A DNA stretch of 25,921 bases from a virus. Its lineage: Duplodnaviria > Caudoviricetes. A model generated the notes under the pieces. That model was not told where the DNA came from. It did no database searches and saw nothing but the letters and a program-made list of their open reading frames with translations. The stretch lies in IMG/VR virus record IMGVR_UViG_3300042466_001561, positions 1-25,921 of that record; one strand, 5' to 3'. A program made the translations under genes and the position numbers. The first letter of the stretch is position 1. Every line of letters starts with the position of its first letter. Of this stretch, positions 16,279 through 23,617 are shown one piece after another.

Positions 16279-16566
16279 ATGAGTAACCCCACAATTCAGA
16301 TCGCCGCCCGTTCCTCCTCAGGCATCGTGCAACCCGTCCAAGCCACTCCAGATGGGGCTCTGCGAGTCACCACCGGATTTCCGCTTCCGCTTTACGACAA
16401 GTTTGAAGTCTTCAAAGTCGGGGCCACGAACAACACCGATTACACCGAATACAGCTTTGGCGGAACCGCCGTCGCCCGCATCCGCATGACCTATTTCGGC
16501 GGCGTGCCCACGACCGATAACGCCCAACTCAAAACCTCGTTCATTCAATTTCCGCCCTTCGCGTAA
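16279..16566 (+). CDS. hypothetical virion-module protein
   Basis: 95-aa ORF, beta-rich, in the structural cluster. Confidence 0.7.
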   Translation: MSNPTIQIAARSSSGIVQPVQATPDGALRVTTGFPLPLYDKFEVFKVGATNNTDYTEYSFGGTAVARIRMTYFGGVPTTDNAQLKTSFIQFPPFA

Positions 16567-16568
16567 TC

Positions 16569-16841
16569 ATGTCACAAGTCGCCTTCGATCCACTCACCGG
16601 CACGATTATCAGCACCACCGCTCAGGTGGCGCAGCTTGACTCCTCGGGCCAAGTCTCCGGCTCGATGATCCCGGACGAGTTCGACGATGTGCAGACTTTC
16701 CCCACCGTCGAAAATTTCCCCGCGCCTGGCTTGGTGGGCCGCATCTATTTTCCCGCAGATACCAACCTCCCACACCGCTGGGATGTCGAAACACTTTCCT
16801 ATCTACCCATCGTCGCCGATTCGGACGGCGGTGAGTTTTAG
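16569..16841 (+). CDS. hypothetical virion-module protein ending in DGGEF
   Basis: FPAPGLVGRIYF..T..P.RWD motif seen in fibre-associated proteins; C-terminal DGGEF. Confidence 0.7.
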   Translation: MSQVAFDPLTGTIISTTAQVAQLDSSGQVSGSMIPDEFDDVQTFPTVENFPAPGLVGRIYFPADTNLPHRWDVETLSYLPIVADSDGGEF

Positions 16842-16879
16842 GACAACCCCGCAGAACAACCAAACACCCCCAAAACATC

Positions 16880-17758
16880 ATGCCAAATACCCTTCGCATC
16901 AAACGCCGCCTCTCCGGTAACGCCGGAGCCCCGTCCAGCCTCGCCATCGGCGAACTCGCCTACAACAAGGTTGACGACAAACTCTACATCGGACTCGACT
17001 CCGGTATCGTCGCCCTCGCCGGTGAAGGCCACTTCGCCACGAACTCCGACCTCGCCTCGGAAGTCAGCACGCTGAACTCCAGCATCAGCTCGGAAACCTC
17101 CCGCGCCACCGCAGCGGAAGCCGCCCTCGGCACCCGCATTGACAATGTTCTCAGCAATGTCACTCCCGGCTCGCTCGATTCGTTGACGGAAGTTGTCGCC
17201 GCCTTCGAGGCCGCCGACAGCAACCTCAACGGAGCCATCACCTCCCTCGCCAACAGCGCCTCCAGCGCCCTGACCGCCGAGGTCAACCGCGCCACCGCAG
17301 CCGAGCAAGCGCTTGATGGCCGTGTCACCACAGCCGAGAGCGACATCAACGCCCTTGAGTCCCGCGCCACCAGCATCGAAGGTGCTGCCTCGACCCTCGC
17401 AGGCCGTGTCACCACAGCCGAAGGCGACATTGATGCAGTCGAAGCCCGCGTGACCACTCTCGAAAACGCCAGCGCCGACTCACGCCTCGACGAGGTGGAG
17501 AGCGACATTGCCGCGTTGGAGAGCCGCGCCACTAGCATCGAGTCCGCAGCGACAACCCTCGCCGGTCGTGTGACGACTGCCGAGTCCGACATCGACGCCA
17601 TCGAGTCCGCAGCGACCACGCTGGCTGGCCGTGTGACGACCAACGAAGGCGACATCGACGCCCTCGAGTCCCGCGCAGGCAACATCGAATCCGCAGCCAC
17701 CTCGCTCACCTCCCGCGTTTCCGCGCTCGAGACCGAGATCGACGGCGGCAGCTTCTAA
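16880..17758 (+). CDS. coiled-coil fibre protein with Mtd-N-like N-terminal domain
   Basis: LRIKRR..AP.SLAIGELAYN..D.KLYIG start, PGSLDSLTEVVAAF segment, heptad repeats LAGRVTTAESDIDALES, C-terminal IDGGSF. Confidence 0.75.
   Translation: MPNTLRIKRRLSGNAGAPSSLAIGELAYNKVDDKLYIGLDSGIVALAGEGHFATNSDLASEVSTLNSSISSETSRATAAEAALGTRIDNVLSNVTPGSLDSLTEVVAAFEAADSNLNGAITSLANSASSALTAEVNRATAAEQALDGRVTTAESDINALESRATSIEGAASTLAGRVTTAEGDIDAVEARVTTLENASADSRLDEVESDIAALESRATSIESAATTLAGRVTTAESDIDAIESAATTLAGRVTTNEGDIDALESRAGNIESAATSLTSRVSALETEIDGGSF
17318..17730 (+). repeat. coding tandem repeats (GRVTT units) in the fibre gene
   Basis: GGYCGTGTSACSAC at 17318, 17402, 17564 and 17627 (spacings 84, 162, 63 bp). Confidence 0.75.
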
Positions 17759-17776
17759 TAGCTCCCTCCCCCCACA

Positions 17777-17807
17777 GCGGCGGTGCGGTTCCAGCCCGCG
17801 CCGCCGC
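17777..17807 (+). other. GC-rich hairpin after the fibre gene (no U-tract)
   Basis: GCGGCGGTGCGG/CCGCGCCGCCGC 12-bp stem, 7-nt loop. Confidence 0.6.
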
Positions 17808-17821
17808 CACGGGGCCTCCAA

Positions 17822-17856
17822 CTTAAAACTTAATCCTTAAAACTTAAAACTTCTCC
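17822..17856 (+). repeat. heptamer tandem array (CTTAAAA)n, copy 1
   Basis: CTTAAAA CTTAATC CTTAAAA CTTAAAA CTTCTCC then ATG 17857. Confidence 0.85.
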
Positions 17857-18225
17857 ATGGCCACGGTCTTCAAGCTCCTCCGCTCCACGGTTCCCGGCCG
17901 AGTCCCCACCGCCGCGCAAGTGGCTCAAGGCTCCCTCGCCCTCAACCTCGCCGACCGGCGCTTGTATTCCAAAGACCACAACAACGAAGTTTTCCGCCTC
18001 GCCCGCCCCCGCGACCCCAGCGACTACCTGCAACTCTCCGCCACCGACGGCACCACCCTCTACATGGGCCGCCTCGCCTGGGCCGACTACCCCGCCACCG
18101 GCCCAGCCGAGGACGCCCCATCCTGGACCATCTACAAAATCACCACCGACGCCGCAGGCAATGTCTCTTCGGAGCAATCCGCTACCGGATCGTGGTCGAA
18201 CAAGCAAAACCTGACCTTCGCATGA
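17857..18225 (+). CDS. small virion protein: Mtd-N-like domain plus C-terminal beta domain
   Basis: KLLRSTVPGRVP..QGSLALNLADRRLYSKD; the C-terminal half is similar to the insert in the adaptor gene. Confidence 0.7.
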   Translation: MATVFKLLRSTVPGRVPTAAQVAQGSLALNLADRRLYSKDHNNEVFRLARPRDPSDYLQLSATDGTTLYMGRLAWADYPATGPAEDAPSWTIYKITTDAAGNVSSEQSATGSWSNKQNLTFA

Positions 18226-19037
18226 TATCGCCACTCTACGGCCAACTCTCCCCGCTGCGCGTGCCAACCTCGATGCGCCGCGTTTCGGACGATAACGACG
18301 CGAACGCTTATCTGCTGGCCGTCGAACGAGCCGACGGCCAAGAGCTAGAGTCTGGCGTCATTACAGCAGTCGAATCATTCATCCTCGGCTGCAAATCCGA
18401 CGGCATCTGGAGCGCCCTCAAAGCCTCTTGCATTCTCGCTGGTGCGCGAACGCTTTCTGGTGCGCTGGTTCCGTTAGTCGGCACGGCCCCAACAAATTCC
18501 AATTTTGTCAGCGGGGATTACAACCGCGAAACAGGTTTAATTGGGGACGGGACCACTAAGTTTTTAAATTCCAACCGCCTAAATAATACCGACCCTCAAA
18601 ATTCAAAGCATTTGAGTGTTTATGCCAGCCAAGTTTCGCCGACGGTTCAGCGTAATGCAATCGGGGCAGGCGTGTCTTCAAATAACGGAAGCGTCATCCA
18701 GCTATTATCCCCTACATCATATAGAAACCGTGTAAATAGTGCAATTATAACGCAATCAGTCACTGCATCATCGACGACGGGGCTCGTTGGAGTTAGTCGC
18801 TCGAATGCAAGTAATTTTATATTTCGTCAAGGCAATAATAATTTCACATCAACCGCCACCTCAGCGGCTGGAGTCAATCTAAGCACATTTGTTTTTGCGT
18901 CTTCGCTTGCTGGTGGCCCCAGCGGCCTCAGCGCAAACCGGATGTCATTTTACTCCATCGGCGAATCTTTAGACCTCGCACTCCTCGACACCCGCGTCAG
19001 CACCCTCATGACCGCCCTCGCCGCCGCCATACCATGA
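18222..19037 (+). CDS. putative virion/receptor-binding beta-sandwich protein
   Basis: ATG 18222 (ATGA overlap); DANAYLLAVE.AD..K.DGIWS..GL.GDGTTKFL start, Ser/Asn-rich variable core, FYSIG..L..L.TRV end. Confidence 0.65.
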   Translation: MISPLYGQLSPLRVPTSMRRVSDDNDANAYLLAVERADGQELESGVITAVESFILGCKSDGIWSALKASCILAGARTLSGALVPLVGTAPTNSNFVSGDYNRETGLIGDGTTKFLNSNRLNNTDPQNSKHLSVYASQVSPTVQRNAIGAGVSSNNGSVIQLLSPTSYRNRVNSAIITQSVTASSTTGLVGVSRSNASNFIFRQGNNNFTSTATSAAGVNLSTFVFASSLAGGPSGLSANRMSFYSIGESLDLALLDTRVSTLMTALAAAIP

Positions 19038-19348
19038 CCCTCGCCGACCTCATCAACCAGCCCGTGAGCTACGAGGCCACCAAAGACCTCGCGCTCGTCT
19101 TCTCGCCCGAACTCGCCGCCGAACTCGCCGACATCCAAGCCGAGCACGGCAACCCGCGCCATGTCGCCTCGCCCGTCGATCTGGTCGATGGCCGCAAAAT
19201 GCTCTGCGCCGACCTCCTCACCGAAGTCGGCCCCGGCGGGATTTACTCCGGCGGATTCGCGCATCTCCCCGCCGAGCTTTTCCCCCTCGTCGAAGTCCTC
19301 CCCATGTCCCAAGTCCTCCAGCTCCTGCCTCAACCCGAAGAAATCTAA
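19034..19348 (+). CDS. hypothetical protein
   Basis: 104 aa, ATGA overlap, strong late-gene codon bias. Confidence 0.75.
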   Translation: MTLADLINQPVSYEATKDLALVFSPELAAELADIQAEHGNPRHVASPVDLVDGRKMLCADLLTEVGPGGIYSGGFAHLPAELFPLVEVLPMSQVLQLLPQPEEI

Positions 19349-19364
19349 ACCCACACCACCACCC

Positions 19365-20804
19365 ATGCTCGAACAAGTCTCCAACTCCGTAAAGTTCCTC
19401 GCCTTTTTCACATCGTCGAAACAAGGCAAGACCGGCCTCACCGTCACGGTCGATATCTACGACCCGTCCGGCACGCAAATCGTCACCGGCGGCAGCGCCA
19501 CCGCCCTCGGCGGCGGGCTGTATAGCTACACGCTTTCCTCCAACAATTCCTCGGAGGGCGAATACGCCGCCATCTTCAAAACCAGCGACTCCACCGTGGA
19601 CGCCCAGCACATCCCGAGCCTCTGGGTTCTTGGCCGCGCCGGAGTCGAAAACCTCGACGCCGCGACCAGCTCACGCTTGCCATCCAGCAGCTACACCGCG
19701 CCAGCGAACTCGGACATCTCGGCAATCAAGGCCAAAACCGACAACTTGCCAGCAAGCCCTGCAGCCGTCAGCGACATACCAACCGCCGACATCGCCGCCA
19801 TCAAGTCCTCCACAGACAATCTCCCCAGCGACCCCGCCGACCAAAGCCTGGTCCAGGCCGCCATCTCCGCCCTTTCGATCCCCACCGTGGTCGAGATTCG
19901 CACGGAAATGGATTCCAACTCCACCAAGCTGGCGAACCTCGACGCCACCGTGTCGAGCAGGCTGGCCGGTTCGGTCTACACCGCGCCAAGCACTCCACCA
20001 ACAGCCGGAGACATCGCCTCGGCAGTTTGGGCGGCGGCAGACAAGACAGGCTACAGCCTCACCAGTGCCGAGCGCACCGCCATTGCCGCCGCCGTCGAGT
20101 CCTCCATCCTCAACGAAGGCGACGGCCAAGCCGTGCTCAACGCCATTGTCGGGGCCATCGGCAACAGCAATGTTGACCAGATCGCCCTCGTCGCCGCGAT
20201 CCGAGCCGACCTTGAGCGCACCGGCGGCAAGCTCATCAACCTCGATGCCACGATCTCCAGCCGCCTCGCATCGGCAGACTACAACGCGCCGACCAGCGCC
20301 CCAACCGCAGCCAGCGTGGCAAATGCCGTGTGGAGCGCCGCCACGCGCACCACGACCGGCGGCACCGTGGACACCCTCACCAACGCCCCAGCATCAGTCA
20401 CGCCAACTGACATCTGGAGCCACGCCACCCGCACGCTCACCAGCGCCAGCGGCCCGACAGCCATCGAGATTCGCCAAGAACTCGATAGCAACTCGACCCA
20501 GCTTTCGGCGATCAAATCGAAGACCGATGCGCTGCCGAGCGATCCTGCCGACCAAAGCCTCCTTGAGGCCGCCATCGCCGGAGTCACTGCGCCGTCCGCC
20601 AGCACGGTGGCAGCAGCCGTGCGTTCCGAGCTTTCGGTCGAGTTGGCCCGAGTGGACCAAGCCGTGAGCAGCAGACTCGCTGCCTCCGAAGCCTCGAAGC
20701 TCGACGCGGTGAAAGCCAAGACCGACCTACTCCAGACCGACCGACTTGCGCAATGCTCGACCGTGGCCACCACCGGAGCCCAGCTCGCCGCCGCCCTCAG
20801 CTAA
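19365..20804 (+). CDS. repeat-rich virion structural protein
   Basis: ATG 19365; beta-rich N-terminal domain followed by recurrent AIKAKTDNLP, DPADQSL, NLDA.SSRL and AVW.AATRT motifs. Confidence 0.7.
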   Translation: MLEQVSNSVKFLAFFTSSKQGKTGLTVTVDIYDPSGTQIVTGGSATALGGGLYSYTLSSNNSSEGEYAAIFKTSDSTVDAQHIPSLWVLGRAGVENLDAATSSRLPSSSYTAPANSDISAIKAKTDNLPASPAAVSDIPTADIAAIKSSTDNLPSDPADQSLVQAAISALSIPTVVEIRTEMDSNSTKLANLDATVSSRLAGSVYTAPSTPPTAGDIASAVWAAADKTGYSLTSAERTAIAAAVESSILNEGDGQAVLNAIVGAIGNSNVDQIALVAAIRADLERTGGKLINLDATISSRLASADYNAPTSAPTAASVANAVWSAATRTTTGGTVDTLTNAPASVTPTDIWSHATRTLTSASGPTAIEIRQELDSNSTQLSAIKSKTDALPSDPADQSLLEAAIAGVTAPSASTVAAAVRSELSVELARVDQAVSSRLAASEASKLDAVKAKTDLLQTDRLAQCSTVATTGAQLAAALS

Positions 20805-20806
20805 CC

Positions 20807-20992
20807 ATGGACCACCACCAAGCCGCCGCCTCCTTCACCGGCCTCGTCGCTACGGCGACGGGGCTCGGGGTGTCGATGCTTCCCGAAATCGAAGCCTGGC
20901 TGCGCATCGCCTCGCTTCTAGTCGGCATCGCGGTCGGCCTGGCCTCCCTCTACGCCATCCTCAACAAGAAGCGCCCGCCGCTCGACCCTTAA
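20807..20992 (+). CDS. small two-TM membrane protein (holin/antiholin candidate)
   Basis: Two hydrophobic segments and basic tail NKKRP; in the lysis cluster; ATG 20807. Confidence 0.6.
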   Translation: MDHHQAAASFTGLVATATGLGVSMLPEIEAWLRIASLLVGIAVGLASLYAILNKKRPPLDP

Positions 20993-21016
20993 AACTTAAT
21001 TCTTAAAACTTAAAAC
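20988..21016 (+). repeat. heptamer tandem array (CTTAAAA)n, copy 2
   Basis: CTTAAAA CTTAATT CTTAAAA CTTAAAA C; 28 of 29 nt match 17822-17850. Confidence 0.85.
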
Positions 21017-21029
21017 CTCTCCCTCCCCC

Positions 21030-21194
21030 ATGAATAAATTCCTCTCGCACCTCAAACAAAAATCCACCTGGGCGGGCATCGCCTCGCTCGTAGCACTCAC
21101 CGGTTGGCAGGTTAGCCCCGACCAATTTTCGGCCATTAGTGCGGTTGTCATCGCGCTCGTGGGAGCCTACGAGGTTTTCCGCGACGAGAAATGA
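21030..21194 (+). CDS. holin candidate (54 aa; absent from the ORF track)
   Basis: Hand translation MNKFLSHLKQKSTWAGIASLVALTGWQVSPDQFSAISAVVIALVGAYEVFRDEK: STW.G motif, two hydrophobic segments, charged C-terminus. Confidence 0.7.
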   Translation: MNKFLSHLKQKSTWAGIASLVALTGWQVSPDQFSAISAVVIALVGAYEVFRDEK

Positions 21195-21355
21195 CCTCGC
21201 CCGCCCAGATCGCCGCCACCGGCCTGCTGCTCGGCTACATCTTTCTCTGCATCTCCTTCCTCACCGGCTGCACCACGCTCGGCGTCTCGCTCGAAACCGA
21301 CTACGGGCGTTTCACCTACCAGCTCCCCGAACTCCCCGCGCTCAAGGACAAATAA
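21191..21355 (+). CDS. small lipoprotein, spanin candidate (54 aa; absent from the ORF track)
   Basis: Hand translation MTSPAQIAATGLLLGYIFLCISFLTGCTTLGVSLETDYGRFTYQLPELPALKDK; lipobox LTGC; ATGA overlap. Confidence 0.6.
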   Translation: MTSPAQIAATGLLLGYIFLCISFLTGCTTLGVSLETDYGRFTYQLPELPALKDK

Positions 21356-21358
21356 TCT

Positions 21359-21393
21359 TTCCGCCTTCCGCTTTCCCATTTCCGCCTTCTCCC
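21359..21393 (+). repeat. heptamer tandem array (TTCCGCY)n
   Basis: TTCCGCC TTCCGCT TTCCCAT TTCCGCC TTCTCCC, then C-ATG at 21395. Confidence 0.75.
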
Positions 21394-21394
21394 C

Positions 21395-21940
21395 ATGCTC
21401 CCCCCGAGCCGTCCACAACAAGCCAAGTCGAAAACGCAAGCCCTGCTCACCAAGGCCCGCGTGGCCGATGAAGTCGCTCTGGTGGGCATCCGTGGCTACT
21501 ACCGCGACACGATGGGCAAGCCCGGCAAGAACGACCGAGGCATCTACGACGACGCCATTTTCCTCGTCTCGCCAAACGCCTACGCCACCTTCAACGCCAA
21601 CACCGATCCGAGCGTGAAGCGCCAAGGCATCGCCGTTTTGAAACCCGGCGTTCATCGCTACCGCAAAGGCAAGCACGGCCTCTCAAAACCCGGCGGCGGC
21701 TACCCCGCCCTGCGCCCCGCCACGCCTGGCGAACAACTCCCCGTTACCCGCGACGAGACAGGCGACTCGATGGGCATCGCCATCAACATCCACAAAGGCG
21801 GCACCCGCACCACCAGCAGCGAAGGCTGTCAGACGATCCACCCCAGCCAATGGGAGGCGTTCGTTTCCTTGGCCTACTCCGAAATGGACCGCGCCGGGCA
21901 GAAGACAATCCCTTACCTGCTCGTCGAGGAGGAAGCATGA
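21395..21940 (+). CDS. putative endolysin with L,D-transpeptidase (YkuD)-like His/Cys motif
   Basis: INIHKGG..SSEGCQTI motif; follows the holin and lipoprotein candidates; no other lysin seen in the window. Confidence 0.6.
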   Translation: MLPPSRPQQAKSKTQALLTKARVADEVALVGIRGYYRDTMGKPGKNDRGIYDDAIFLVSPNAYATFNANTDPSVKRQGIAVLKPGVHRYRKGKHGLSKPGGGYPALRPATPGEQLPVTRDETGDSMGIAINIHKGGTRTTSSEGCQTIHPSQWEAFVSLAYSEMDRAGQKTIPYLLVEEEA

Positions 21941-22176
21941 GCGCCAAACGCAAGCCCGCCACCCGCAAAGCCGTGCTGGAGCGCATCCGCAAGGAACTCG
22001 TCGAGCAATTCGATGTCGGTCTTGCAGTGGTCTCTTGGGAAGAGGGCGGCACGACTTACCACATGGATTTGAAATTCGGGAACCAATACGCCGTCGAAGC
22101 ACTGGCCGACAGGACCAGCGACATTTTGTTCCCCATGGAAGACGACGAAGAAGAAGAAGAGGAAGAAGCATCATGA
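21937..22176 (+). CDS. hypothetical protein with poly-acidic tail
   Basis: ATG 21937 with GGAGG and ATGA overlap; ends EDDEEEEEEEAS. Confidence 0.7.
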   Translation: MSAKRKPATRKAVLERIRKELVEQFDVGLAVVSWEEGGTTYHMDLKFGNQYAVEALADRTSDILFPMEDDEEEEEEEAS

Positions 22177-23180
22177 AAACATCCTGGAGTTCCATAGCCC
22201 GCGAGCAAGCGGACAAAGCCCACAAGACCGAGGTCGATGCGCTTAAAGCAAAACTCGCTCAATACCAAGCCAGCGTCGAAAGCTTGGAAAAGCAACTCGG
22301 CATCGCCTTGAGCCTCGGCAAGACACGCATCCGTCCCCAGCCCCTCACCGTCTCGATGAACGACAAAGCCGAGGCCGTCGCCATCGCGCTGGCCAGCGAT
22401 TGGCATGTGGAAGAGACGGTGGAAGCGGCATCGGTCAACGGCCTCAACGAATACCGCCTGCCCATCGCCAAGACCCGCATCGAAAAATTCTTTTCCACCA
22501 TCGCCCGCCTCACGGAGATCGAGCGCCACGGAGCCAAGATCGACGACCTCATCCTCTGGCTCGGCGGCGATTTGATGACTGGAATGATTCACGAAGAACT
22601 CGCCGAGTCGAACAGCAAGACGCCCACGCAAGTCATCCTCTGGCTGCAAGACCGCCTCGCAGACGGCCTCGCCACCCTCAAGCCGCACTTCAAACGCATC
22701 ATCATTCCGACAAACTACGGCAACCACGGACGCACCACCGTCAAGCCTCGCCACGCCACAGGTGCCGCGCACTCTTACGAATGGCTCCTCTACAAAATTC
22801 TCGAAGGCCGCTTTCACGGCGACCAGCAGATCGAATGGCAGATTGCGGATTCCTACTTCAACTTCATGACGGTCTATGACCGCCGCCTGCGCTTCCACCA
22901 CGGCGATGGACTCAAATTTCAAGGCGGCATCGGGGGCCTCACGATCCCTACCGAAAAAGCAATAGCTTCATGGAATAAGTCGCCGAACCGAGCCGACCTT
23001 GATCTATTCGGCCACTGGCATCAATACCAGCAGAACCGGCACTGGCTCTGCAACGGCAGCCTCATCGGCTACAACGCCTACGCCCTCTCCATCAAAGCCA
23101 GCTTCGAGCCGCCCACGCAGACCTATTTCCTGCTCGATAAGAAACGCGGCCGCACCATGACCTCCCCCATCTACCTATGA
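22173..23180 (+). CDS. calcineurin-like metallophosphoesterase with N-terminal coiled coil
   Basis: All five motifs present: SDWH, GGDLM, GNHG, HHGD, GHWH; ATG 22173. Confidence 0.9.
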   Translation: MKTSWSSIAREQADKAHKTEVDALKAKLAQYQASVESLEKQLGIALSLGKTRIRPQPLTVSMNDKAEAVAIALASDWHVEETVEAASVNGLNEYRLPIAKTRIEKFFSTIARLTEIERHGAKIDDLILWLGGDLMTGMIHEELAESNSKTPTQVILWLQDRLADGLATLKPHFKRIIIPTNYGNHGRTTVKPRHATGAAHSYEWLLYKILEGRFHGDQQIEWQIADSYFNFMTVYDRRLRFHHGDGLKFQGGIGGLTIPTEKAIASWNKSPNRADLDLFGHWHQYQQNRHWLCNGSLIGYNAYALSIKASFEPPTQTYFLLDKKRGRTMTSPIYL

Positions 23181-23617
23181 CCTGGAAACACCTCGCCAAA
23201 AAGTCCAACTCCCTCCCGCCCGGCTGGAGCACCGCCGACGAAATCGCCGCCGACCTCGATTGCGAACCAAACGAAGTCCCAAAAATCCTCGCCGCCGCCA
23301 TCCGCGACGGCCAAGTCGAGAAACAGAACTTCCCCCACTGGCAACCCGGCAGCCGTCAGCTCCTCTACCAAACCGGCTACCGGCAGAAAACCGGCAAAGT
23401 TGTGTCGGAAAAAAGCCCACATATTTCTGACAAAACCCCAGATTCCATCCCCGGCATCCCCGCCGATTTGCTGCCCAAGGTTCGCCAAAAAATCCTCGAG
23501 CACCCGCACAAAACCGCCAGCGCAATCAAAGACCTGTTTTCCACAAACAACCGCACACGCCTGAGCGTAGCAGCCATTCGAGGGCTACTTGACAAGCATC
23601 CGCACAATAGAAAGTAG
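23177..23617 (+). CDS. hypothetical protein, possible winged HTH
   Basis: PPGWSTADEIAADLDC....V.KIL...IRDGQVEK pattern; ATGA overlap. Confidence 0.6.
   Translation: MTWKHLAKKSNSLPPGWSTADEIAADLDCEPNEVPKILAAAIRDGQVEKQNFPHWQPGSRQLLYQTGYRQKTGKVVSEKSPHISDKTPDSIPGIPADLLPKVRQKILEHPHKTASAIKDLFSTNNRTRLSVAAIRGLLDKHPHNRK
23588..23612 (+). promoter_or_regulatory. CTTGACA-N8-CACAAT motif (copy 2)
   Basis: TTGACA 23589-94, CACAAT 23603-08; before ATG 23618. Confidence 0.45.

Noticed and set aside
16880-18225. diversity-generating retroelement suggested by Mtd-N-like domains
   Set aside because: No reverse transcriptase and no TR/VR pair differing at adenines seen in the window.
5220-22172. extended N-termini in the ORF track (5220, 6127, 7916, 9204, 9403, 9875, 11335, 13109, 19161, 22035)
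   Set aside because: They overlap upstream genes; downstream starts at ATGA overlaps or just after stops fit better.
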